Source: Haliotis rubra (Eukaryota). From it: a stretch of DNA of 64,000 nt. A program made the position numbers and the translations under genes. This document shows, piece after piece, positions 39,601 to 51,600 of this stretch. The notes under the pieces were generated by a model. The model saw nothing but the letters and a program-made list of their open reading frames with translations, ran no database searches and was not told the origin of the DNA. Numbering within the stretch: position 1 is the first letter of the stretch; each line of letters starts with the position of its first letter. Location of the stretch: contig NW_025765448.1 of the NCBI RefSeq assembly GCF_003918875.1, positions 1,364,001 to 1,428,000 of the forward strand, read 5' to 3'.

Positions 39601-42600
39601 ACAGCATAACTACGTCATTATCATATATATACTCATGGAGACGAAAAAGGGAACACATGAAAGTACAAGTTTTCCTTTATTTCCAGAATTTCACTCACAG
39701 TGCAATACATACCTTGTGAAGAAACATGGAAAAGAATAAAGGAACACTCGTACTTTCACGTGTTCCCTTTTTCGTTTTCATGAGTATATGCAGACAGCAG
39801 ACAGTATAATTACGTCACTTTCACGTGTTCCCTTTTTCGTTTTCATGAGTATATGCAGACAGCAGACAGTATAATTACGTCACTTTCAGATATCTGTAGA
39901 CAACAGAGACTTTTGTTCAAGAGGTATCAGATGTCCTAAACTCACGTCAAGAAGAATTTGGCCACAGGGTTCTCACTGCCCTTGAGCTTGTGGTCCAGAT
40001 ACTCCAGGAACACCCGGATCATCTGGACGATCGCGATGATCAGGGCGCCGAACGCCAGGGTGCCCAGGTGATACCTGGAAGTCGACAAGGGTTTATAGAT
40101 ATCATACATCAACGTTATAGGTTTATACTTTTGTTGTTCTTATTTAACCCTACAACCAGCACAGTTCCATTTATGAGGATCGGGTCTGGACGAGACAATC
40201 CAGTGATTGAAATCATGAAAATGGATCTACGCAATTGGGGTGCGATTTCGTGCTTCAGCGTGCGTGTCCACCCGATCCTATTAGTCGCCTCTTATGACAA
40301 GCATGGTTGGTGAAGACAAATTCTAGCTCGGATCTTCATGGGTGTCCTAGAGGTTGAAACGTATAGGCAGCTGGAGACAAATTCTTCAAGGGTTTGTATA
40401 TAATCGAGTCTGGACCAGACAATCCGGTGAACGATATCATGAGCAACGATCTAGGCAATTGGTATACGATGACACGTGTCAAGCCAGCGAGCCTGACCAC
40501 CCGATCCCGTTAGTCGCCTCTTATAATTACGACAAGCATGGGTTACTGAAGACCAATCCTAACCCGGGGCTCAAGTACAACATCGCCGAGGTTCACGGTC
40601 TAAAACACCATTTAATTTAACATGAAACCTCTTTTGTAATTAATTATTTGCTTCTTAATATATTATATAACCCGCCCAGAAACTGTCAGGAGAACCTATA
40701 AAGAAATATACATGTATGCCCCACAACGACAGGAAAGGAAATCAGCATTAAAATTTTGAGCGATCGAATAAAACATCTGTTTCATTTTGGAACTTTTCCT
40801 TAATCAAGATGGGTTTTGAAAAGAACAGCACTGGTCCAAGCACTTACGCAGACGCGCCGGACTTTAAACTCAGTATGTCCCTTTGTTATTCACACCTGTA
40901 CATCCTCAGTGTACCTACCTGAAGCAACGCCAGAAGGAGCTGACCAATGGGAAGGTCGGAATGTCCTTGCTCTTGTCCCACGCCCAGTAGTACGAGGCGA
41001 ACGCTCCGGCCAGCGTCATCTGACCCAGGGCCACCGCGAAGTTGACCATCCAAAACAGCATGAAGATGTTGTAGATTTGGAGGTAGATAGTGAAGCTGAA
41101 GTACGACATGACGCTTTTTATTGTCATAGATGAATGTTGATGTACGCCGCTTTCAGAAATATTAGGGTAAAACATCATGACGTATGACACAAAGAGGTTA
41201 GGATCTTATGGTTGTATGGGGAATCGAACCTGTAACGAGTGAATGTGTTGACCACAAGGATACCAAACATACTATGTGCCCGAGTATTGTTTTACGCCGC
41301 TTTCAACACATTTAATCTCATCAAGGCACAAAAAGAGCTTCATACATTGTACCATGAAGAGAGTCGAACCCGTGTCTTCTGCATGACGGGCAGACATTTT
41401 GCCACTGGCTTACCAAATCTCCCTGTCACCACTTTGTCACCACCACAGACCGCCGCCATATAGCTGGAATATTGCTGAGTGAGTGAGTGAGTGAGTTTAG
41501 TTTTACGCCGCACTCAGCAATATGGCGGCGGTCTGTAAACAATAGAGTCTGGACCAGACAATTCAGTGATCAACAGCATGAGCATCGATCTGCGCAATTA
41601 GGAACCGATGACATGTGTCAACCAAGTCAGCGAGCCTGACCACCCGATCCCGTTAGTCGCCTCTTACGACAAGCATGGTCGCCTCTTACGACAAGCATGG
41701 TCGCCTCTTACGACAAGCATGGTCGCCTCTTACGACAAGCATGGTCGCCTCTTACGACAAGCATGGTCGCCTCTTACGACAAGCATGGTCGCCTCTTACG
41801 ACAAGCATGGTCGCCTCTTACGACAAGCATGGTCGCCTCTTACGACAAGCATGGTCGCCTCTTACGACAAGCATGGTAGCCTCTTACGACAAGCATGGTC
41901 GCCTCTTACGACAAGCATGGTCGCCTCTTACGACAAGCATGGTCGCCTCTTACGACAAGCATGGTCGCCTCTTACGACAAGCATGGTCGCCTCTTACGAC
42001 AAGCATGGTCGCCTCTTACCAATTCTAACCTCTTACGACAAGCATAGTCGCCTCTTACGACAAGCATAGGTTACTGGAGATCAATTCTAACCTGGATCTT
42101 CATGAGTCAGCAGTTTTAGTGAATGGTTGACAATGCGAGTGGTTGACAATGTAAATAAATGTTTGAGTGACTTACTCTCCACGGCCATACTTCAAGTAAC
42201 CACACACGTTCCCAAGAGTCGTGTCGTTCGTCTGAAATATGAAAATTCACGTCAATGACTATCATCGGTTTATTGTGTGGGTAGGTTGCTAAAAGTAAAA
42301 CTCGAAGAAAACCCCCACAATGCATCACGCCGCTTTGTACCGTATTCAACTTAGATAAGGCGTATCAGTTTACTCCGGGGGACTGGCCGAATTGTTGTTG
42401 GTCTGAAACGTTAACCACTATGGTGAGTGAGTGAGTTTAGTTTTACGAGCTTCATACATTGTAGCCGTATGGGACGTCGAACACGGTTTACCACTTTGGT
42501 GAAACCCGCAAGGACGTGTATGGTGCTGACCAACCAAGAAAAATAATATCGCCGCTTTTAACAAGATTCCAGCTGTCACACAGCGGTGGACACCAGAGAT

Positions 42601-45600
42601 TGTACTCATGTGGGGAATCAAACTGTAGTGCTTTAACCACTAGGCTATCCCACAACCCCTACAAGAATAATGGGGTTCATCAGGAACCAATGAAGACTAA
42701 GATCTGCGTTAGATCATTACATTCTGTTAATGTTACTTACACAAACATTTCAGCTACATCAGGATAGGTTGTGATAAGAATGGGGAATCGAATCCGGACT
42801 TCGTGACGAATCGTTTCTTTAACAGTTCTCTTCTATCCCTAAAGTTGTAATTCAACTGACGTCGTTCATAGCACACGGATAGATAGCGACATTACAAACA
42901 ACTTAAACAAAACGTATTGAAACTTGTTTGTTCTTGGTTTTTTTCGTGTTTGTTGTTGATTTTTATTCCTGTAAAGATGTTACATGTGACATACACGATG
43001 TATAGGCACTGTACAGGACATGAGAAATATAATGATAAATAAAAAATATATGAATAAATAAGTAACTAAATAGCTAAAAAAGTACAAAAAATATAATTTA
43101 TTCTTTCACACATTCATACCAATACATACATACCCAATAAGTGATTAAATCATTTTTTAAAATTAATCTTAATGTTTCGATACATGGAGCAATCAAGTAT
43201 TCCATAGTATTCACCACTAAACCCTTGATATTTTCATTTTTTCCAATAAGAGCTGATAATATTTCTGCACATAGTAAGAAAACATATGGCGAGAAAGGGT
43301 CTCCTTGTCTACAGCCACGGGGGATGGGTATCAACGGATACATTTTTCCATTTATAGCCAGAGTTGACTTAATATCTTCATAAAGTACAGAAATCCATTT
43401 AAAAATGCCATCACCAAATCCAAAAAATGTCAATGTTTTAAAAATAAAAAACCAGGAGACTGAATGGAAAGCCTTTTCAAAATCTACAAGTAGCAGCATA
43501 CCTCGTATTTGCTTGAATTCTGTATGTAGAAGAAGGTCATAAATCATACGAATATTATCTCCAATATATCTATCAGATATATATCCTGTTTGATCTTCAG
43601 TAATGATATTGCGAGGACTGTTATAATCTATGTGCAATGACTGAGGATAGAAGGTTGTATGTTGAGTTTAACAGGGTAATTGGAAGAAATTGTTTTGGTT
43701 TATCTCCTTTTGGGATACATATTATTATTCCTTGTTTCTGAATTATGGACAGATGACCAATTTCAAGACTGTTAAAGATCTAAATAGAAGGTCATCAAGG
43801 TCAAGCCAGAAAAATTTAAAGAATTCATAAAAAAAACCATCTGAGTCCGGACTCTTGTTATTTTTAGATATTTTTAAATGCCGTTAAAAGTTCATCCTTA
43901 GTAATACGTCCATCAATGCTGTTTGGATTCTCAAACTTACATACATCGTGGTCACTAAGTAAATTATTAAGGTCTATATATTTCACAAGGTGCTCTCTGG
44001 GTGAGTACACGTCTTCATAGATATTTGTAGCTTCATTTATGATTTCATCTTTAGCATTCAATACTTTACCATTAGCTGTTTCTATTTCTTTCATATTGTA
44101 CTTACATAATTTCTTGTCTCTAAATTACAGACTTATTTACTGATACATTCCCCTTCATCAATCCATTTGGTTAAAGATCTTACCAGTATTCCATCTAATT
44201 TTCTTTGTCGTGTAGTTCTTGTTTTCTAGTTTCTAATTCTTCTACAATAGTTTGTTCAAAATTGAAACTTAAAAGGTTAACGCACGTGAATCAGTCTCGA
44301 TTGTTTGCTGAAACCGATGTGCGTGAAAGGCGAGATATTGAAAAAAATGTGTTTCTTAACATCAGTTCACACAATTTACTGAAATGAATGCATCATTGAA
44401 ATCAGCTATGACTCGGGGTGTTCGCCATAAAGATACACATTCAACTGTTATGAAATACTACTCATTAAAACACACGGTCAAGATCAGTACAAAAGTGCAA
44501 TCAGCCCCGATCATGGATACTTACATCAGTGTCACATGGTATCTGCTGGAACAGGCTTTTAGTGGTCTCCTTGACGAGGTCCTCGTTCACAGTCCCGTTA
44601 GCATACGTGATGTTGTTCTGACCTAGTTGCTGGTTCCGCCCAATGGACGCCAGGTACCTTGAGCTGGTTAAGGTTTATACTGTATATACTAACGCCATAT
44701 GTATGTGTTTCTCGTTAAGGTTTATACTGTATATACTAACGCCATCTGTATGTGTTTCTCGTTAAGGTTTATACTGTATATACTAACGCCATCTGTATGT
44801 GTTTCTCGTTAAGGTTTATACTGCCTGTATCTGTATGTATGTTTCTCGTTAAGGTTTATACTGTATATACTAACGCCATCTGTATGTGTTTCTCATTAAG
44901 GTTTATACTGTATATACTAACGCCATCTGTATGTGTTTCTCGTTAAGGTTTATACTGTATATACTAAACGCCATCTGTATGTGTTTCTCGTTAAGGTTTA
45001 TACTGTATATACTAACGCCATCTGTATGTGTTTCTCGTTAAGGTTTATACTGTATATACTAACGCCATCTGTATGTGTTTCTCGTTAAGGTTTATACTGT
45101 ATATACTAACGCCATCCGTATGTGTTTCTCGTTAAGGTTTATACTGTATATACTAAAGCCATCTGTATGTGTTTCTCGTTAAGGTTTATACTGTATATAC
45201 TAACGCCATCCGTATGTGTTTCTCGTTAAGGTTTATACTGTATATACTAACGCCATCCGTATGTGTTTCTCGTTAAGGTTTATACTGTATATACTAACGC
45301 CATCTGTATGTATGTTTCTCGTTAAGGTTTATACTGTATATACTAACGCCATCTGTATGTGTTTCTCGTTAAGGTTTATACTGTATATACTAACGCCATC
45401 CGTATGTGTTTCTCGTTAAGGTTTATACTGTATATACTAACGCCATCTGTATGTGTTTCTCGTTAAGGTTTATACTGTATATACTAACGCTCCGTAACGC
45501 CATCCATGTATGTGTTTCTCGTTAAAGGTTTATACTGTATATACTAACGCCATCCGTATGTGTTTCTCGTTAAGGTTTATACTGTATATACGCCATCCGT

Positions 45601-48600
45601 ATGTGTTTCTCGTGTTTCTCGTTAAGCCATCTGTATGTATGTGTTTCTCGTTAAGGTTTATACTGTATATACTAACGCCATCTGTATGTGTTTCTCGTTA
45701 AGGTTTATACTGTATATACTAACGCCATCTGTATGTGTTTCTCGTTAAGGTTTATACTGTATATACTAACGCCATCCGTATGTGTTTCTCATTAAGGTTT
45801 ATACTGTATATACTAACGCCATCTGTATGTGTTTCTCGTTAAAGTTTATACTGTATATACTAACGCCATCCGTATGTATTTCTCATTAAGGTTTATACTG
45901 TATACACTAACGCCATCCGTCATGACGTAGGTTGAGTTGTTTTGCTTCGGAAACGTTTTAATAAATGTAGATTGAGAAAAACCAACCCAGGGCGTGCAAG
46001 AGTAAGAAGACTTTTTCATCACCATGGTATGTTTCGACAACGTGGGGAAATTTTGAGAAAAGAAGACTTTTGATTATTTCGTGACTGAATGCAAAATCCG
46101 TGCGGGCCTTTACATATAAAACGAATACGCGTTTGACGAACTTCGGTTATAACGAACGGAATCTAGTTTTCCCTTTGAGTTCGTTATAACCGTAGATTAC
46201 AATATGTATTCGAACGGCACTGACCTGAAACAACAGCTGTGTGTATTATCTAAATTCTGCATTGTAACACGAATGTATTAGATCTATGCTGTGGCCGTGG
46301 TAATATATTGTGATTCACACATAGTTATTTTTTCTGTTTTTCCCATTTTCGAACCAGTGTACCAGAAATATTTCCATAGTAGTCATAGTATTGACATTAA
46401 TAATGTTACAGGCACGAATCACGTTTAGAGATTATGAGAATAACATATCTAACACTTAATTAACATCCGTCTATTTATTTACGATGTCCTCTGCTAGATT
46501 AGTTTAGTATTTTGAGATTAGCGAGCTTTAACAACGGAATAAAAGGATCATGCATATATATTTACTATAAGTTGAGGGACTTGTATTTGGTGGGTTATCA
46601 GGTACGGAAATACAAACAAGTGGTCGATATACTGAGCATTGATCCACGCGTCTGTTAAACATTAGATTATTTGACTAGGAAACTACAGAAAAGTAATATG
46701 GGGCAAGTTAAACAAAATACAAAAAAAAACACCTGTAAATTCAATATACAACCAGCTGTCACTATTGAGTATAGTTCAGCAATATAGAATTCAATATTTT
46801 GTCAAACCATTATTAACCATGTGACACACAGTAATTACAATGCCACAGCGTTATATTAAAAACACTTGTTAATCTGGAAACCTCGACAACAGGACAATTA
46901 CCGTCAGTATACACCTGTGAAATAATATTCAGTTTTTTAACCAAAGTTGATTGCAATGGAGGAGATGCCGGATTATTTGTGGCCTCTTCACAAGGGTGTG
47001 ACTATATGGTTGTCATGGTAACAAGGATACACAGCAACGGCCAGCTGAACCCCTACGACGACCAGCTGCATGAGGAAGGGGAAGATAGGCCAGAGGAGCG
47101 TGAACATCATGTTCCCAACAGCCCTGAAACCAAAGCCGAAACATATAGTACACATGATGCTTATTTGGTGATTGTTGGTTTACGTAACATTCTGCAATAT
47201 TCCAACTGTGTGACGTCGGCCTGTAAATAATCGAGTTTGGACCAGACAATCCAGTGACTGACAACATGAACAAGATCCACGCCGCCAGGGTACAACCCAA
47301 TCAACTGAGTCTCAAGTCCTTTGACACAATCCATTAGAAGATCCGGGTAAGAATTGATCTTCAGCAACCCATGCTTGTCGTAAGAGGCGACTAACGGGAT
47401 CGGGTAGGCAGGCTCGTTGACTTGGTTGACACATGGCATCGTATCCCAATTGCGTAGAACGATGCTCATGATGTTGATCACGGAATTGTCTGGTCCAGAC
47501 TGGATTATTTACAGACTGCCGCCACATAGCTGGAATAATGCTGAGTGCGGCGTTAAACAACAAACCAAAATAAGCCCAAACAACCCCATCCATTCAGATG
47601 CAACTTAAACCCAGCAGGGGTTGGTCCGCTATCCATGGACTATTCACGAAGCTGGCTTAACAAAGACACTATCTTAGCGGATAACGACTAACATAATACA
47701 ACTGAAGTGTCTTCAGTGTTATCTGATTGTGTTATCTTGTTATCTTAACTGAGACAGTCAGCTCGGAGTTGCAACGGAGATATAAATTAAGCTGAGGGTT
47801 TACCAATGACTTCATCGATTATTCAAGAGGGTATTAGAGCGTGAGTGTCATATATGACACTAAGTTTTTATCTGGTTCAACACTTGTAAATGACGATATA
47901 AGAGAAAAACCCATCTAAAACGTTGGCTTCTCAGCCAGTGAATCTGATCAGACACTTTGGGGGATTGAGTGAGTATGTGAGCGAATTATGAAGTGTTAGC
48001 AGTGAGTTTTTGGAGACCTTTAACGAATCTTAGAAATTGTCTTCGTTAACCCATGCTTTTCGGAAGAGGCGACTAACGGGATCGGATGATCAGGCTCGCG
48101 TACTTGGTTGACACATGTCATCGTGTCACAATTATGTAGATGTGTGCTCATGATGTTGATCACTGGATTGTCTGGTCCATACTCGATTACTTACCAACCA
48201 GGTGTCATGAAATACACGCGAGGACATAATGGCGGCAAAAACGTCGCCTACAGCAGCTATAAAGTACATTCTACTTTATCACATACCTGCTTCCCTCCTT
48301 GATGAGGGCCACGGCGATGCGGATCCTGGAGATGAGGAAGAGCAGGATGAGCACGACGATGAGGAAGATGACTCCCGCTGTTATGCCTGCAAGTACCATG
48401 GATGTGATCAGATCCGAACAGTCCCGTGACGGAGTGAGTGAGTGAGATTAAGTTTACGTTGCTTTTAGCAATACTCCAGCTATATCACGGCGGGGGACAC
48501 CAGATATGGGCCTCACACATTGTACCCATGTCGGGAATCGAACTCGTGACGAGCGAACGTTAAAACCACTAGACCCACCAACCACCCCCACACCTACCCC

Positions 48601-51600
48601 TTCGTGAAGGAAGCATCCTCCATATGCAATCTCGGCGTTTAGTGATTATTATTAACATCACCGTGCTTATATTACAGCGAACCCACTTGGTATCAAAGTA
48701 TGTTACATTAGGGATTGCACTTTCACAATAAAATACATATTCTAGTACTGTTGGTGGCGCTATCCGGGATTCGAACCCACTCTTTCAAAAATCAGGCAAT
48801 TAATCGCAATCACACAAAGTCAACGATCGTACTACTCTGTCGCAATATTGTTCTCTTATCAATCTAAGGCTAAACAAAGTTTGCAATCTAAGATTGTAAT
48901 GAGTTTGGATAAATATCATAATTATGGTCTTTAATTCCAAACTGATGCAAGTCTTTAATAACCTGTTTCCAATTTCGGGCACAAGATTTGACAATACATT
49001 TTATTATTCTACAATTAACAATGCAACCTACCCAGCATACTAAAGCGCCAGAGCCGTTGGATTATCTCAATAGGTTTCACGTTGCAACGAAAGTTTGCAA
49101 TCACACCTTGGTCAGAAACAACAGAAATATAACAAGCTATCACTCTAATCGGCTATTCAGTATGGCGTTGGGCTACTACATGTATTTACGACAGTAGTTG
49201 CGTCACTTACCGCATCCGAGAAATAGCTTTTCCTTCTGAAAGGTGAAGGTCAAACCTCCCATGTAGATGGTGTAGGATTCTTGAGATCCTCGGGAGTGGT
49301 ACCATTCGTAGAAACAGTAGCCAGAACCTAGATGTAATATAGAGAAACAGAAACCAATAAAAACACGAGTTGGTCACGAATTGAACCTGTGTCTTCATGG
49401 CTCAAGCTTACACATGCAGCTGAAACACCTCGACCTACGCCCACAGCGACACAGAATACTACATAAAACTTAAATTAAACTAACTTTTAAAGCATATGTC
49501 CTGACCTGCGCCGAAGATGCCGATGAATGTTAACCAATCTGGGCAATGGAACCTGTTTCTTGAGGGCTCAATGTAACACATACACGTGCAGTTGAAACAT
49601 CATTGCCCCTCCCACCACTTCCGGTCATTTCCCCCTCACCGACAGAATGCTAAATATAACTTAAATTAAACTAAATTTAAAAGTATATATTCTGACCTGC
49701 GCCGAAGATGCCGACGAAGGCGACGAGACTGAAGAACACCATGAAGCCGGCGATCCACCTCATGATGACGATGTATATAAGGGAGACGATCATCGTCAGC
49801 ACCAATAACCTGCAAATATAATGCGCTCTCACAATTACAAAATGCTCGAATTTTTAGATTTTTTCGAATACTACGGTAACTGACGACAATATATATCACT
49901 GAGACAGCCATCGTCAGCACCAGTGCCTACAAGCATAATGCCCTCTTACAATTAAATCGAATTTTTAGAATACTACGATAATTGGAGGCAATGAAACCAG
50001 CTGAGAAACGTTGTTACGTACGTTCTCAATTATGACGAATATTAACACAAGAGATAGTCACCTCTAAAGTTGCTGTTTTGTTGACCGTAATTCATTTACA
50101 GTTATAAAACGTTGGAAAAATCAAGGTTGACGTGAATACATGATCGCATTCGAACGCGACTACGTCAAGTGAGCGAGTGAGTGAGTTTAGTTTTACGCCG
50201 CTTTTAGCAATATTCCAGCAATATCACGTGACATTCACGACGGGGGACACCAGAAATGGGCTTCACACAATGTACCCATGTGGGGAATCGAACCCGGGTC
50301 TTCAGCGTGACTAGACTGCGTCAAGGACCAGTGTAATAAGTGACACTTCAAAGAAAATGAGCGTTTGCGAAAATATTTTTTTCACTCACATGACGAAACT
50401 TAATCCGGATGATACTCTTTCGTGTGTTTCCGGATAAACAAATGTCCGCATTAATTATACATACTGAATTCACATAGGTCTGCAAACAGACCTTTGAAGG
50501 CAGACGGACTTGTAATAGTCAGGGGTTAACGTCGTGAGTGAGTGAGTTGGGTTCTATACCGCTTTTAGCAATATTCGAGCAAACTCGGCGGGGGGCACCA
50601 GAAAGAGGCTTCACAAAAAGTATCCAGTGAGGAATCGAACTAAGGCCTTCAGTGTGACGAGCGAACGCTTTAACCACAGTGCTACCCCACCGCCCCTTAT
50701 TCTCTACAGGTATGGCCTCCTTGTGTTGTAATCTCCAAAATCGGCACAGACTAACGGTACTTACACGAGAATCAAGTACCATGTCTCCACAATATCCGAG
50801 ATAATCTTCTCTCCATATTCCTTGGCTTTGAGAAACGCCTGGAATACCCTGCAAGAGAAGATGATATTCGTTATTAAGAGCATTGTATGCACTCGGCACA
50901 AATCGGCAGTGCCCGTAAAATGCCATTCGGTTTTGGCCGGCGTGTAATAACATCTCAAGTCCTGCCTAATGGTTTTTAAAACATATCAAGAAATGTGACT
51001 TCTTGACCTTATTTTCTACACAGGGATCTAATGTTTAAACTGACATGATGTTTACGTATAACTACCGATTGCATAAGTTGTTTTGTTGAAATCGACACGA
51101 AATATATGTGGGAGAGTGGAATGACATTTTGAGTGAGTGAGTGAGTTTGGTTTTACGCTGCTTTTAGCATTATTCCGGAATCATCACGGCGGGCGAAATG
51201 GGTTTCCTACAAGACAATCTGAGAGATCTACACTTCATTCCTAAACAAATAAATAAGGAGGAATCATGATGATTTTTATGAAATTGTGAGGTCAGATTAA
51301 ATAAATATTTTTCCCAAACCATTCATACAACTAACATAATTTTGTTCAGTAAACAAACAGAGGTGATTGATAGTCGAAATGGCATATATTTTCATATTTA
51401 TCAGAAATTCATGTTTGTGATTTTTATGTATAGAATGCCATAACAGAGTCAACAGACGGCGAGCTGTGAATGTTGTGGACGAATGTCATACACCGTGAAA
51501 ACAGTGAAACAATCTCGGGAAACTTATCGAATGTTTGATCTAATCGACTTCACGGCGCCTACGGATATTTTTATAGGAAACATTATTGTTCTCTTTAAAT

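Noticed and set aside
41608-42069. Repetitive ORFs here and at 2079-2390, 8979-9422, 44752-45701 and the poly-L/T/V ORFs
   Set aside because: Products of stop-free minisatellite or microsatellite frames and N-gaps.
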